From: Nanobdellota archaeon
GTDB lineage: Archaea > Aenigmatarchaeota > Aenigmatarchaeia > QMZP01
Direction: 5' to 3'
Assembly: GCA_018816245.1 (NCBI GenBank)
Contig: JAHIVW010000003.1
Coordinates: forward strand, 321,453-385,452
DNA length: 64,000 nucleotides
Shown: positions 1-9,640 of the stretch, piece after piece
How the letters are laid out: the number at the start of each line of letters is the position of its first letter
How positions within the stretch are numbered: position 1 is the first letter of the stretch
Translations under genes and position numbers: made by a program
The notes under the pieces: generated by a model
The model's input: only the letters and a program-made list of their open reading frames with translations
Databases searched by the model: none
What the model was told of the DNA's origin: nothing

Positions 1-606
1 CCCGACAATCTTTGTATCGTTGGTGAACAATCCTGCACGTTTTGCCTTTTCTGCGTCAAGCAGGATAGCAATTGCATCCGGCACGGTCATGTAGCGGTTC
101 GCCTCTTTCTTGATATCCAATAACACGAGCGTGTGCATTCCGCGGTTCTTGTTCTGCCGAATCACGTCGTAGAAGCTCACGGGAACATACCCCTCTTCAC
201 CATACGCCAGCGTCACGGTCCTGCCGAATTTGTACGGCTGCAATCCGGTCTCCCCGATTGCAGAAAAAATGCTTGACCCGTGGATGGTGTGCACGGTAAT
301 CCCCTGGCGCCGCGCTTCAAGGACCAGTGATGCATGAGTCGTTGCACAGAGAGCGTCCCCGCCAACGAGGATGCCAATATTGGCCTTGAATGCCTCACTC
401 AGGATCTTCCCGCTCTTTTCCTCAAGGTCCGATCGTGTCACCTCAAGGACGGGCCGACCCAGGAACCGGGTAAGTTGCTCTGCATTTGTATTCATCTTCA
501 TGGTGTAGAACTCAACGTAGAGCTTGGCGCAGGTCTTGGCTGCAGTCACAGCTCGAGTACTCATGTCCTTCTCGTCGTGGAGGCCCATGCTGATGAGGTA
601 GAGCAT
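1..606 (-). CDS. dphB: Diphthine synthase (Dph5/DphB), N-terminal ~202 aa; the 3' end lies beyond the window edge
   Basis: Absent from the ORF track because it runs off the edge. Manual translation from the ATG at 606 gives MLYLISMGLHDEKDMSTRAVTAAKTCAKLYVEFYT...ILVGGDALCATTHASLVLEARRQGITVHTIHGSSIFSA, typical of the diphthine synthase methylase family. Confidence 0.85.
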   Translation of the reverse strand, partial: MLYLISMGLHDEKDMSTRAVTAAKTCAKLYVEFYTMKMNTNAEQLTRFLGRPVLEVTRSDLEEKSGKILSEAFKANIGILVGGDALCATTHASLVLEARRQGITVHTIHGSSIFSAIGETGLQPYKFGRTVTLAYGEEGYVPVSFYDVIRQNKNRGMHTLVLLDIKKEANRYMTVPDAIAILLDAEKAKRAGLFTNDTKIVG

Positions 607-655
607 GGTATGCAGAAGCCTGGCAAGCTTTTTATCCCTTTTCCCAAGCAGATTC

Positions 656-1027
656 ATGCTCATTCGTGCGCTTGTGCTTGCTGAATCAGCTGCGCTGATT
701 GTCTTTGCCCTGCTTCCCAGCAGCTCGGTTCCTCCTGGCGATCCCACTGGGGGCGGCTACCTCTTCCATTTCCTCGCCTATACCATCTACGCAACACTCC
801 TCATCATCCTCTTCAGGAAATCCTCATCACAGAAGCGATTCTTCTTCACGCTCGGTATTGCCGTGCTTATGGGTATTCTCACCGAGGGGATTCAGAGTAT
901 TGTCCCGACCAGAAGCGCAGATCTCACAGACCTGCTTGCTGATGTCATTGGGGCGCTTGTAGGTGCCGTGGCTACGAGCGCACAAGCTCGATATCGAGGC
1001 CCATCACCTGCTTCGCGATCTTCTTGA
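656..1027 (+). CDS. VanZ-like small membrane protein
   Basis: Several hydrophobic helices and a C-terminal TEGIQSIVPTRSADLTDLLADVIGALVG segment resembling the VanZ motif. The internal ATG at 656 is preferred because the ATG at 605 would overlap the dphB start. The 3' end overlaps the convergent KH gene. Confidence 0.5.
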   Translation: MLIRALVLAESAALIVFALLPSSSVPPGDPTGGGYLFHFLAYTIYATLLIILFRKSSSQKRFFFTLGIAVLMGILTEGIQSIVPTRSADLTDLLADVIGALVGAVATSAQARYRGPSPASRSS

Positions 1028-1457
1028 TTGTCACAGACTTCAGAAGCAGGGGTTTTCGAGAAACACGGACACGGAGCTGCTGGCTTCCTTTGGTATAAAG
1101 CATAGAAACTTGTTCAACAGTTCCTGGTCGAACCAGCGTCGTGAGCAGCTGATCACGGTCGTTGGTTTCCGGAACAAGGTGTACAGGCTTGCCAATCTTT
1201 TTTGAGAGTTCCTGGACCTGTTTTCCACCGCGACCGACAAGCAAGTGCATGCTTGATGGAGAACAGACCAGTACAAGGGCTTCAGGATACTCAAAAACAC
1301 GGTTAATCTGCACACGCCGGAACCGGGGAAGGGTCTTGCGAAGGCGAGTCACTTCTCTGAAGAGAGCAAGCTGCACCCGGGAAATCGTCCCCTTCTCAAC
1401 TGACGCCTGACACGCACGGCAGAGCAAATCAGATTCCTGACAAAAGGCACAAAGCAT
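972..1457 (-). CDS. KH-domain RNA-binding protein with N-terminal Cys4 zinc ribbon (NusA-like KH family)
   Basis: CAFCQ...CRAC at the N-terminus and a KH GXXG loop (LLVGRGGKQVQELSKKIGKPV). Start is set at MLCAFCQ; the upstream 30 codons of the ORF look non-coding. Confidence 0.6.
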   Translation of the reverse strand: MLCAFCQESDLLCRACQASVEKGTISRVQLALFREVTRLRKTLPRFRRVQINRVFEYPEALVLVCSPSSMHLLVGRGGKQVQELSKKIGKPVHLVPETNDRDQLLTTLVRPGTVEQVSMLYTKGSQQLRVRVSRKPLLLKSVTIKKIAKQVMGLDIELVRS

Positions 1458-1508
1458 ATCACTTGATCGTTGCTCAAGATTTATAACCTCCCACGTGAAG
1501 AGAGAGGT

Positions 1509-2318
1509 ATGGCCAATTACGAACAGCTCCTCAAGGAAGCCTTCCATTTTGGAACAGACTATCGCCGCTGGGGACCGTTGTTTGTGTTTCAGACCGTGCT
1601 GCTTATGATTGCCATTGTCTGGTTCTTGCCCTCATTTGTCATGCTGCTTTCTGCAACAGAAACAAGTGCTGTAGGAGGTATTCTCAATGCCCTGCTTGGC
1701 TTGCTTGGTCTTGGGATTGTTTGGGGACTCGGGACACTATGGTTCTCCCTCGCACTGACGAAGCAGGCGGCGGGAACGAGTTCTTGGGGAACGAGCGGCC
1801 GGTTCGCTGTACGAAAAATCCCGTGGGCAATCCTCTTGTTCATTCTCGTTATGGTTGTCGGCACTGCGGCATCGCTTGTGTCAGCGATCTTTATCCTTGT
1901 TCCACTCCAGTTTGCGGCCAGCATTGTCCTTTCTGTGCTTGTTGGGCTTGCCTTCTTCGTTGCCATCCCGTCGCTTGTTGTCCGGAACACAACTGGTATT
2001 GCGGCATTCAAGGAATCGATATCTCTCTTCCGGAAACACAAACTTTCCGTGCTGGTAGGATGGGCACTGATTACCTTCATTGGCAACTTGATCACAGGCA
2101 TTGTCTTCCTGATTGATGCAACAGTGTTGTGGCAGCTCATCGCTCCGGTGTTCCTCTCTTTGACTGACCCTGCGGTGATGGCGAGTATCTTTTCTTCAGT
2201 TCTCACCAATATCCCGTTGCTGGCGGTTCTTGGCATCATTACAATGATCGGGTTTTCGGTTGCAACTGCCTTCTCACTCGCTGCAACAACATTCTTTTAC
2301 AAACAGCTGAAGAAGTGA
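1509..2318 (+). CDS. Polytopic membrane protein, function unknown
   Basis: Long ORF with at least 6 hydrophobic segments. Start is set at MANYEQLL. It abuts the fen stop. Confidence 0.5.
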   Translation: MANYEQLLKEAFHFGTDYRRWGPLFVFQTVLLMIAIVWFLPSFVMLLSATETSAVGGILNALLGLLGLGIVWGLGTLWFSLALTKQAAGTSSWGTSGRFAVRKIPWAILLFILVMVVGTAASLVSAIFILVPLQFAASIVLSVLVGLAFFVAIPSLVVRNTTGIAAFKESISLFRKHKLSVLVGWALITFIGNLITGIVFLIDATVLWQLIAPVFLSLTDPAVMASIFSSVLTNIPLLAVLGIITMIGFSVATAFSLAATTFFYKQLKK

Positions 2319-3344
2319 TTATTTCTTCAGAAATAATTCGAGTCGTGATTGACCTTTTTTTATTTTCGACAACTTTGCCAGTGAGCTGGAAACCCGTTCC
2401 TCAGAAAAGTCGTGTTCATGAACCAAGAGCTGTTTCACAGCGTCAAGGTCTTGTTTTCCTTTCGGAATGGCGTACTGTTCTGTGGGCGGATGTTTGAAGA
2501 AGTCAAACAAGTCCGCAATACTCATCGGGAAGGCCCACTCAACTGCAGCCTGCAGCGCTGTCGGTGTGGGGTGTTCCTTTACTGCTTTCAGTGCTTTCTT
2601 CGGACCGAATCCCAGAACACCGCCCGCATTATAATCTGTCCCAATTAAGATGCCAAGAAGGATGAGCTGGTCATGAGAGATAGTCAATGATTTCAAAACA
2701 TGGGACAACTGCACGAGCTCGGGAACAACCTCGACGTATAATTCCTTGCGCGGTACTTTCTTTCTTCCGGACACGGTGAGATTGCGGATGAGTCGCTCAG
2801 CACCAAATAATAATGAATCCCAGTCCTGTGACCCAACTGCCCAGACTTTGTTCTCTTGTGCCAACCGGACAGCTTGTGCTTCTCCTTCACTCGGTGCCTG
2901 AATCCACGCCACCCCAAGAGCGCTCAAAAGTTTCTTGGCTTCGTCTGCCATCTCTGGTGTCAGGCGGCTTGTCGCTTGTGCGTACATCCGAATCTTCTCA
3001 ACATCTCCTGTTTTCCGTGCGTGTTCAAGCTGCTCTGCTGCTGCTTCTTTGATCTTCCGTCGCTGGTTGAGGGTGTCCTGCTTCCAGGCGGGGGGTTTCC
3101 CGTCGAACACGTAGACCGGGGTCACCTCTGCTTCAAGGAGCCGAAGTGTCCGGTTAAAGAGTCCGGTCAGATGACTTGTTACCCTCCCTTCACGATCCCG
3201 GAGCGGTTCACCAGTGAACCGATCGCGAATCGTTGCGAGAAACTGGTACATTGTATTGTAGGCATCAATGGCAATGGTGTGACCACGAAGGTCGTCAAAG
3301 GTGATCGGTGTTGCTTCGATGAGTCCTGAGAAAGAGACTCCCAT
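2319..3344 (-). CDS. fen: Flap endonuclease 1
   Basis: MGVSFSGLI...IAIDAYNTMYQFL...GEPLRDREGRVTSHLTGLFNRT...VYVFDGKPP. This is the canonical archaeal FEN1/XPG N and I regions. Confidence 0.95.
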   Translation of the reverse strand: MGVSFSGLIEATPITFDDLRGHTIAIDAYNTMYQFLATIRDRFTGEPLRDREGRVTSHLTGLFNRTLRLLEAEVTPVYVFDGKPPAWKQDTLNQRRKIKEAAAEQLEHARKTGDVEKIRMYAQATSRLTPEMADEAKKLLSALGVAWIQAPSEGEAQAVRLAQENKVWAVGSQDWDSLLFGAERLIRNLTVSGRKKVPRKELYVEVVPELVQLSHVLKSLTISHDQLILLGILIGTDYNAGGVLGFGPKKALKAVKEHPTPTALQAAVEWAFPMSIADLFDFFKHPPTEQYAIPKGKQDLDAVKQLLVHEHDFSEERVSSSLAKLSKIKKGQSRLELFLKK

Positions 3345-3407
3345 GAAGTCTCCTTACACTCCTGAACTTAATATTGGTATATCTATGCACGCCACCAAAA
3401 TGGGGTT

Positions 3408-3959
3408 ATGCACATCAGTTTGCGTTCCAATTTCAGGACACAGAAGCTGGCCATATTCATCGTCAGTGCGATCATTACAGTTGTGATCATGACGACTCCC
3501 TGGTTCCAGGAGAGCTTACTCTCGCTCGGTGATCTTGGCCACATTGGTGCCTTCATCATCGGCTTCTTCTTCTCCTATGGCATGACCACCATTCCTGCCA
3601 TCGCTGCTTTTACTATCCTCGCCAAGACCATGAATCCATTTCTCCTCGCGCTTGTTGGTGCCTTTGGCGCAGTCCTCTCAGATTACCTCATTTTTCACAT
3701 TGTCAGGGACGATATTGTGACGATGGCCAAGATGAAGGCCTGGCGCATCCGAATCCATCCGAAATGGCACCTGATCCTGCACCTCCGCAAGCTGGCCCCC
3801 CTCCTTGGCGGGTTGATTCTTGCCTCACCGCTTCCGGACGAGGTTGCCATGGCAGTCTTCGGGGTAGGCCACCTCAAAAACAAGATGTGGCTTGCAATCA
3901 CCTTTACTGCGAAATTCTTCGCCATCCTCGTCATTGCGCTTGCTGCTCCCTTCTTCTAA
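3408..3959 (+). CDS. Integral membrane protein, function unknown
   Basis: 183-aa ORF with about 5 hydrophobic helices. No diagnostic motif recognised. Confidence 0.5.
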   Translation: MHISLRSNFRTQKLAIFIVSAIITVVIMTTPWFQESLLSLGDLGHIGAFIIGFFFSYGMTTIPAIAAFTILAKTMNPFLLALVGAFGAVLSDYLIFHIVRDDIVTMAKMKAWRIRIHPKWHLILHLRKLAPLLGGLILASPLPDEVAMAVFGVGHLKNKMWLAITFTAKFFAILVIALAAPFF

Positions 3960-3993
3960 AGCTTTTTGTAGGTTTGCACCCAAACAAGAAGGT

Positions 3994-4251
3994 ATGAGTG
4001 CGTTTATCCAGATCCTCGGGTTCATTATCTTCATATTGGGGATTGTTGGTGTTGTGATCGGCAGTGTGGCAGGCTTTGCTGTTGAGGGTGCGATTCAGGA
4101 ACTCTCAGCAAACCCTGATTTCCAGGAGTTCTCTTCTGTTGCAGAAGGTGTTGCAGGGTTTGCAGGTTGGATCTCCTTGCTCATCCAAGTCATTGGAGCA
4201 GGAAACCTCCTCGCTGGGATTGCGATCATTGCAATCGGGCGGCGTGTCTAA
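3994..4251 (+). CDS. Small two-helix membrane protein
   Basis: Internal start MSAFIQILGFIIFILGIVGVVIG. There is a second hydrophobic helix near the C-terminus. Confidence 0.4.
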   Translation: MSAFIQILGFIIFILGIVGVVIGSVAGFAVEGAIQELSANPDFQEFSSVAEGVAGFAGWISLLIQVIGAGNLLAGIAIIAIGRRV

Positions 4252-4526
4252 AGGAGTTCACTAATCAGGCCTGCCAGCTTCACGTCTGCACTTGTCACCC
4301 CACCAACAGAACGAGTCCGGAGCCGAAGCATGACCTTGTTGAATTGAATCGTCATCTCTGGATGGTGATTATATTCAACAGCGAGCTCTGACACCTCTTC
4401 AACAAAGACCATGGCTTCCTTGAAATCGTAGAAGGACACGGTCCGGGCAAGCGCGTTCCGTTCTGCGCGCCATCCCGGGACCAACAGAATCTTTTTCTTC
4501 AGTTCTGCTGGGGTGTATTTCTTCAT
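4248..4526 (-). CDS. Pterin-4a-carbinolamine dehydratase (PCD/DCoH)
   Basis: 92 aa with ...FKEAMVFVEEVSELAVEYNHHPEMTIQFNKVMLRL..., the conserved HHP core of PCD. There is a 4-nt overlap with the upstream gene. Confidence 0.85.
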   Translation of the reverse strand: MKKYTPAELKKKILLVPGWRAERNALARTVSFYDFKEAMVFVEEVSELAVEYNHHPEMTIQFNKVMLRLRTRSVGGVTSADVKLAGLISELL

Positions 4527-5818
4527 GCTTTCTCAGGGAACTGTGATTTCCGGAGGATTTTCCCGGCCTCCCGGATGAACTTGCGGACATATTCCCGCTG
4601 TGCCAGAATATCGTTCTTGGGAATCGACAGGATCTTCCCCCGTTTAATTAACTTCCGCATCTTGTCGAGGTTGGTCAGAACCTCGAGATAGTGTTCTGGA
4701 ACCGTGTGAGTTGTTATCAGGTGCTTCTTGAAGGTAAGGTTGAATGACTCTGATGCTGCCGGTCGTTTCCCCATGGATCGCATCAAGGTCATCGCTGTTT
4801 CGGTCATAATTGCATATGATTTCTGGACCATGCTCTCCCGTTTCAAGATCTCGATCTTCACAATCAACGATCTCATTTTGGAGACGAACTTGTCTGCAAC
4901 ACTGATCCATTTGTCGAGTTGTGCCCCTGTCATGAACTTAATGCGCTTGTGTTCAACTCCCTTTCGAATCTCAATCACGTCTTCGAGTTGTTTGACATCA
5001 TGCTCGGTCATGAGCTTCATTGGAACGAGGATCTTGCGGAGTTCTTTGGGTGCGTCAACAGGCCGTGGTGGGGTCTTGCCCAGAAACATCAGGACAGCTT
5101 GCGCACTTTCGAGCATCGCATAGTAGAGATCCTCCACAACCATGTACATTTTTGCGTTTTTGACGCGTCGGATTCGTTGTGGACCGCGATCGATGAACTT
5201 CTCAACCGCTTCCTTGCTTGGCCGGATCTCGCCCATTTGTAAAAGGCGCTTGATGGGAAGGAAAATATCCTTGTCATAGACCGGCACGCCTTCCCGGATG
5301 AAATTAAAGACGATAGGGTGCCCTTCGCGAACGAGCCGCCAGAACTCGGTCAGGGTATAGGGTTGTTGAATCGAAAGATGCTTGGAACACGCTTTTGCAA
5401 TATCCTCGATCTCCCATTCGATCTTGTCCCGAAGGGCTGGGGTGAGGCGCTGCCGGGTATCGTCAATAATCATGAAGACGTCAATGTCAGACTCGCCTCG
5501 CTCTGTTCCCCGGGCAGTCGACCCGAAGAGGACAATCGACCGGATCACGGATCCGTGTTTCTTCAGGACCTCGGAGGTGAATTTCTTGAGAATTTCAATG
5601 CGTTTTTTCTTGTCAATTTCGTCTGGTTCCTTCTTCTTCTCTTTTGCATCGTCACGAGGCTTCCGTTCCAAGGCCGCATTAATTGCCTTTTCTTCCGAAG
5701 AGCCCGCTCGTTCAGCTGCCTCCTCTAGCGGAACTCCCAGATCTTCAACCTTCTCAGGCTGGTCAGGTCGGTCAACCCGCTCCTTGGGTTCATTTATGAA
5801 CTTCTTGCGAGTAACCAT
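4523..5818 (-). CDS. Fused Pol-beta-type nucleotidyltransferase plus HEPN-like helical domains
   Basis: The NTase signature is LFGSTARGTERGESDIDVFMIID. Helical C-terminal domains follow, with an Rx4H motif (RKGVEH). Start is set at the ATG at 5818, preceded by GGAGG; the longer ORF to 5968 overlaps the upstream gene. Confidence 0.7.
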   Translation of the reverse strand: MVTRKKFINEPKERVDRPDQPEKVEDLGVPLEEAAERAGSSEEKAINAALERKPRDDAKEKKKEPDEIDKKKRIEILKKFTSEVLKKHGSVIRSIVLFGSTARGTERGESDIDVFMIIDDTRQRLTPALRDKIEWEIEDIAKACSKHLSIQQPYTLTEFWRLVREGHPIVFNFIREGVPVYDKDIFLPIKRLLQMGEIRPSKEAVEKFIDRGPQRIRRVKNAKMYMVVEDLYYAMLESAQAVLMFLGKTPPRPVDAPKELRKILVPMKLMTEHDVKQLEDVIEIRKGVEHKRIKFMTGAQLDKWISVADKFVSKMRSLIVKIEILKRESMVQKSYAIMTETAMTLMRSMGKRPAASESFNLTFKKHLITTHTVPEHYLEVLTNLDKMRKLIKRGKILSIPKNDILAQREYVRKFIREAGKILRKSQFPEKA

Positions 5819-5850
5819 ATGGTACTCCTTCCGTAAGGAGACATAAAAGG

Positions 5851-7761
5851 CTACCGGAACTCGCCGCGTTTCCACTGTTCTGGCTTCTTTCCTTTCTGCA
5901 ACACTTCTCGGGAGAGCATGGTCCAGTCCTCCTCGGGGATCTGCAGGAGATCCTTCAGTGGCTCCCATGCCTTATCGCGAATGATTGCCCGCTGGCGCTC
6001 AATGTCACCTGCTGTCAATCCTTTCATCCCAAAGAATTCCATGGGGAGATTTTCTGGTTTCACGAGTTTCTCGGCATACTTTGCAACTTCCCGGAGGACA
6101 TCAACGGATTTCTGAAAAGGATCTTGTGCCCCGCCGCGTTCGAACATAAGGAAGGCGGTTTGTTTCTTTCCCAATCCTGTCTTGCAAAGATTGTAAATCA
6201 GTTCGTACAGTTCGATGTCGCCAATCTCAAGCGGGTTGTGTGGGTGAAGAGGATTTGGGTGGTTCGCATGCACGGAGATTACGATTTCACCGAAATCTGG
6301 TCGCGTCAGCACGTCCTTTCGGCTTTCGACGAGCACATCAACGCCTTGTGTCGCAATATGTTCATTATCCACTATCATCATCACATGGTTCGTGTTGAGA
6401 GTCTTTTGCAGCGTCTTGATAAGCGCATACATTTGTTTGGGACGCCAGATGAAGTACAAACCAGCGTACTGCGCTTCACGCGCATCGGGGTTTTCGAGAC
6501 CAATGATTAAATTCCGCGCGTTTTGTGTCAAGGTTTCGATTTCCTTTTTCTTTTCCGTGGCAGAGAGGTTCGTACTGTTCACTGCCTCGGGGATCTCCTT
6601 CTTAATAAGGACATGTTCAATCCAGTGAAAGGCGTCCCGCAAGTGCCCTTCAATAAATTTCGCACAAATGGCTGCATAAAAGAATTCCTTGAACTCTCGG
6701 TCGTTCGTGTCTTCTGCCTTCTGCCATGCATTCTCAAGCCACCGTTTATCACTATAATCGAGTTTGTATCGCTGCATCAATTCTGGGTATTCCTTAGTCA
6801 TGGCAACCCATTGCGGATCCTTGGTGTAGAAGAGGTAGTGTCCCATAATGTGGTACCCGTCCAACATCCCAACCGGTGCCCGGCGGAGCTCTTCGGATTC
6901 CCAGGGATCTCCCTCCATGAACTTCTCCCGAAGGAAGTTGTCAATCTCCTCCTTCTGAATTTCTGCATTCTTTTCAACCGTGGCCTTGCGAAGTCGCTCA
7001 AAAATATCCTCAACAATTCGATCGAGCTTTGCGTGCCGTGTTTTCCGGGGGATCCCGCGGATGATTGCCGCTTCGATGAAGTCTTCAACAAATTCTTCAT
7101 AGTTCAGATTCCTAGTTCCGCGAGGACTGGAAATTTGAATACCTTCGATGAGTTCTTTGTACGGCGCAAGTTCGCTGCGAAGGCGGTGGTCGGTCTCTTC
7201 CCGCTTCCACCGATCTTCCCGCAACTGATACCGACTTGAGATCACTGTTTGTTCCTCACGGTTGACAATATCTCCATAGTAGATATCGCCTTTCTTCCGA
7301 ATGAACCATTCCCGGAGATCTTCGTTCTCTTTGAGGATGGTTTTGATAAACCGGCCCATGTGATCACAAAAACTCATGGTAAGTTTTCGACCGGTATAGG
7401 TGACGAGTTCAAGCCAGATGTTCAGACATGCGTGAAAATCAATATACTTTGCGCCAAGGTAGACAGCAGACCGCAATGACTTGTATACTCGATCTTGTGC
7501 ATCACGCCATTCGCCTCGCTCGGGGATTTCAAACGGAACAGTCAAATCACCATGGAATGCGAGGGTAACACCCTGTTTTTTGGCAATATGTCGGATCTCG
7601 TAACCTTGGGTGTAGGGGACCTCGTGGGCAACGTCTGCTGCAAGTTCCATAGAAGAGGTTCCTCGGGTGAGGGTGTAGCCGAGCTTCCGCATGATCGTGG
7701 AGAGTTCTTCACTCCGAGCAGCGTAATAGATGCCGCTCGTCACACCGACTTTGAGTGCCAT
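5851..7761 (-). CDS. Xylose-isomerase-like (AP endonuclease 2 family) TIM-barrel protein split by a ~300-aa helical insertion
   Basis: The N-terminus (MALKVGVTSGIYY...AFHGDL...LGAKYIDFHAC) and C-terminus (MMIVDNEHIATQG...VHANHPNPLHPHNPLEIGDIELYELIY...FERGG) resemble the metal-binding strands of sugar-phosphate isomerase/Endo IV TIM barrels. The middle is charged and helical. Confidence 0.55.
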   Translation of the reverse strand: MALKVGVTSGIYYAARSEELSTIMRKLGYTLTRGTSSMELAADVAHEVPYTQGYEIRHIAKKQGVTLAFHGDLTVPFEIPERGEWRDAQDRVYKSLRSAVYLGAKYIDFHACLNIWLELVTYTGRKLTMSFCDHMGRFIKTILKENEDLREWFIRKKGDIYYGDIVNREEQTVISSRYQLREDRWKREETDHRLRSELAPYKELIEGIQISSPRGTRNLNYEEFVEDFIEAAIIRGIPRKTRHAKLDRIVEDIFERLRKATVEKNAEIQKEEIDNFLREKFMEGDPWESEELRRAPVGMLDGYHIMGHYLFYTKDPQWVAMTKEYPELMQRYKLDYSDKRWLENAWQKAEDTNDREFKEFFYAAICAKFIEGHLRDAFHWIEHVLIKKEIPEAVNSTNLSATEKKKEIETLTQNARNLIIGLENPDAREAQYAGLYFIWRPKQMYALIKTLQKTLNTNHVMMIVDNEHIATQGVDVLVESRKDVLTRPDFGEIVISVHANHPNPLHPHNPLEIGDIELYELIYNLCKTGLGKKQTAFLMFERGGAQDPFQKSVDVLREVAKYAEKLVKPENLPMEFFGMKGLTAGDIERQRAIIRDKAWEPLKDLLQIPEEDWTMLSREVLQKGKKPEQWKRGEFR

Positions 7762-7762
7762 A

Positions 7763-9367
7763 CTACTTGATCCTCATCCATCCTTCAAGCAGCTTGACCA
7801 CATCACTGTAAATCGGTCCCATCTCACGAAAATACATCTTCGTCATCCGCTCGTAATAGATGGACTCATAGGGACCTCGTCGCACAAATCGGTAAAAGAT
7901 GAATTCAAAACCAGTTTTGATCGCACGACCGATCCTTCTGTATGGTTTCAGTTTCGCGCTTATCCGTTTCCGACGTCCCGGAACCTCTGGCTCAAACTCT
8001 TTTTCAATATTTTCGAGGACGTTCTCCTCGCTCCTGCGGGAACCAATGATCTCTTCAATATATTTGTCAAAGGCTTTTTCGCGTGCCTTGAGCTCGATGA
8101 GGAAAACCAAAAGAATGTTCTGGGAGATGATATACGTATCAAAAGGAATGAACATGAGGTTATCTGTCTCAAACCCTTCTGGCGGCGGAGCCTTGACGAG
8201 GCTGAGAAGAATGTGCATGTCAAAGAAGACGTAGTACAGGGCTGATGGATCCATCATTGGGAAGTACTGAGAATAATTGGGATCTGTCGCGTTTTCGAGA
8301 ATTGTTTTCACGTCCTCGTTCGTTATCTCCACGTTGTAATGTTCCTCAATTCTTTTTTGCCACTCCTTCACAACGTCGTCATAAGGATGAATGACCCACT
8401 TCGCGCTGCCTTTTGATACTTCAGCATAGGCCTCTGCTTTCCGTCGTTCCGGGACAGTAACCGCCCGCCAGCACCAGAGCCGTACGGCACTGAGTGCTTG
8501 TGATTGTCCCCAGCCCGGGGTGATGTTCGGTTCCGTTAACCACTCGCCAGCATTGTCTTCCTGTTTTTCACGGATCATTTTAAAGCGGGCGATGTACGGC
8601 TTCAGCCACGTTCGGTAGGCATCGATTGATTGGCGCCGGGAACGAAGTAGGGTATCAATGCGAGAGTAGCGTTCCTTAAGGTTGGGGAGAAAGAGCCGCA
8701 CCCACTCTCGGTAGAGCTCGTTCTTTGTTTTCAGGACCGTTGCCTCGGCTTGCGTGACATCGAGTTCCTTCCGGATGGTGTCGATATTGTCCCACCCACT
8801 CTTCATCCGGATGAAATCAGTGATAATGGTCGGCCAGCGCCGGACCATGGTAATCATGGAGTAGTTTTCCCCGGTAAATGCGTCAACCCGGTCGACGAAG
8901 ACGTTCCGAAGGACGTGTTCATCGCCGGTGTGTTTTGCGGTCTTGAAGTAATCGAGCATCTCCCGGTAGCGACGGGCATCATGTGCCAGGAGCTCGTAAT
9001 CAGCGACTGCCTGCGCTGCTGACTGGAGACCCTGTTTGATTGCTCCTTCGAGCTTCTGTTTCTGCGTAACGGTGATATTATAGTAATCTGCATAGGTGGG
9101 GGTGACCTCAAGCCACTCATCCACCTTTTTGACCGTGAATTTCATTTTCGGAAGTTTGTTGATGAGGGCGTGGTAAATCCCGTACGCGCTCCCGCGGAGA
9201 CCAGTATAGTCAAGGGTCGTTGTCATTTCTTTGGGTGCACCGATCACATAGTTTCCCACATGCCTGTAGCTCGCCTGCTGCTTCGAAATAAGTTCATCGA
9301 CAACCAATTTTTCTGTCGGTGGTTTCATGTCTGGCTTCTGAGCGAGCTGCTGAGGGTTGCGATCCAT
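7763..9367 (-). CDS. Large hypothetical protein (534 aa)
   Basis: Uninterrupted ORF separated by 1 nt from the downstream TIM-barrel gene. No motif recognised. Confidence 0.6.
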   Translation of the reverse strand: MDRNPQQLAQKPDMKPPTEKLVVDELISKQQASYRHVGNYVIGAPKEMTTTLDYTGLRGSAYGIYHALINKLPKMKFTVKKVDEWLEVTPTYADYYNITVTQKQKLEGAIKQGLQSAAQAVADYELLAHDARRYREMLDYFKTAKHTGDEHVLRNVFVDRVDAFTGENYSMITMVRRWPTIITDFIRMKSGWDNIDTIRKELDVTQAEATVLKTKNELYREWVRLFLPNLKERYSRIDTLLRSRRQSIDAYRTWLKPYIARFKMIREKQEDNAGEWLTEPNITPGWGQSQALSAVRLWCWRAVTVPERRKAEAYAEVSKGSAKWVIHPYDDVVKEWQKRIEEHYNVEITNEDVKTILENATDPNYSQYFPMMDPSALYYVFFDMHILLSLVKAPPPEGFETDNLMFIPFDTYIISQNILLVFLIELKAREKAFDKYIEEIIGSRRSEENVLENIEKEFEPEVPGRRKRISAKLKPYRRIGRAIKTGFEFIFYRFVRRGPYESIYYERMTKMYFREMGPIYSDVVKLLEGWMRIK

Positions 9368-9410
9368 AGGTATCCCATCTCTTAGTTAGCGGCTATTCCA
9401 TAAAAGGGTT

Positions 9411-9596
9411 CTAGAGGAAGAAAAACGCCCCCGCAAGCATGAGGAAGATAATACCAAGGATAATACCCGTTGTGGAGAATGTTGAGCCCTGATGTTCAGC
9501 TGTCCCGGGGAAGAAGAAAACAAGAAAAACCCCAAGAAGCAGGAGGATAACCCCAACAACACCCCCAGTTAACCCAAAGAGGACCATATACTTCAT
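9411..9596 (-). CDS. Small two-helix membrane protein
   Basis: 61 aa, almost entirely two hydrophobic helices. It is the first gene of the minus-strand string. Confidence 0.4.
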   Translation of the reverse strand: MKYMVLFGLTGGVVGVILLLLGVFLVFFFPGTAEHQGSTFSTTGIILGIIFLMLAGAFFFL

Positions 9597-9640
9597 ATTT
9601 ATGCGGATCTCGTTAAAATATACCCAGGAACGGTGAGAAC

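Noticed and set aside
2120-2128. AACAGTGTT core of the palindrome inside a membrane-protein CDS
   Set aside because: It lacks the TATA/TATA arms (GCAACAGTGTTGTG). This is a chance 9-mer.
4523-5968. Full 481-aa version of the NTase-HEPN ORF
   Set aside because: The first 50 codons overlap the 3' end of the upstream gene. The ATG at 5818 has a GGAGG SD.
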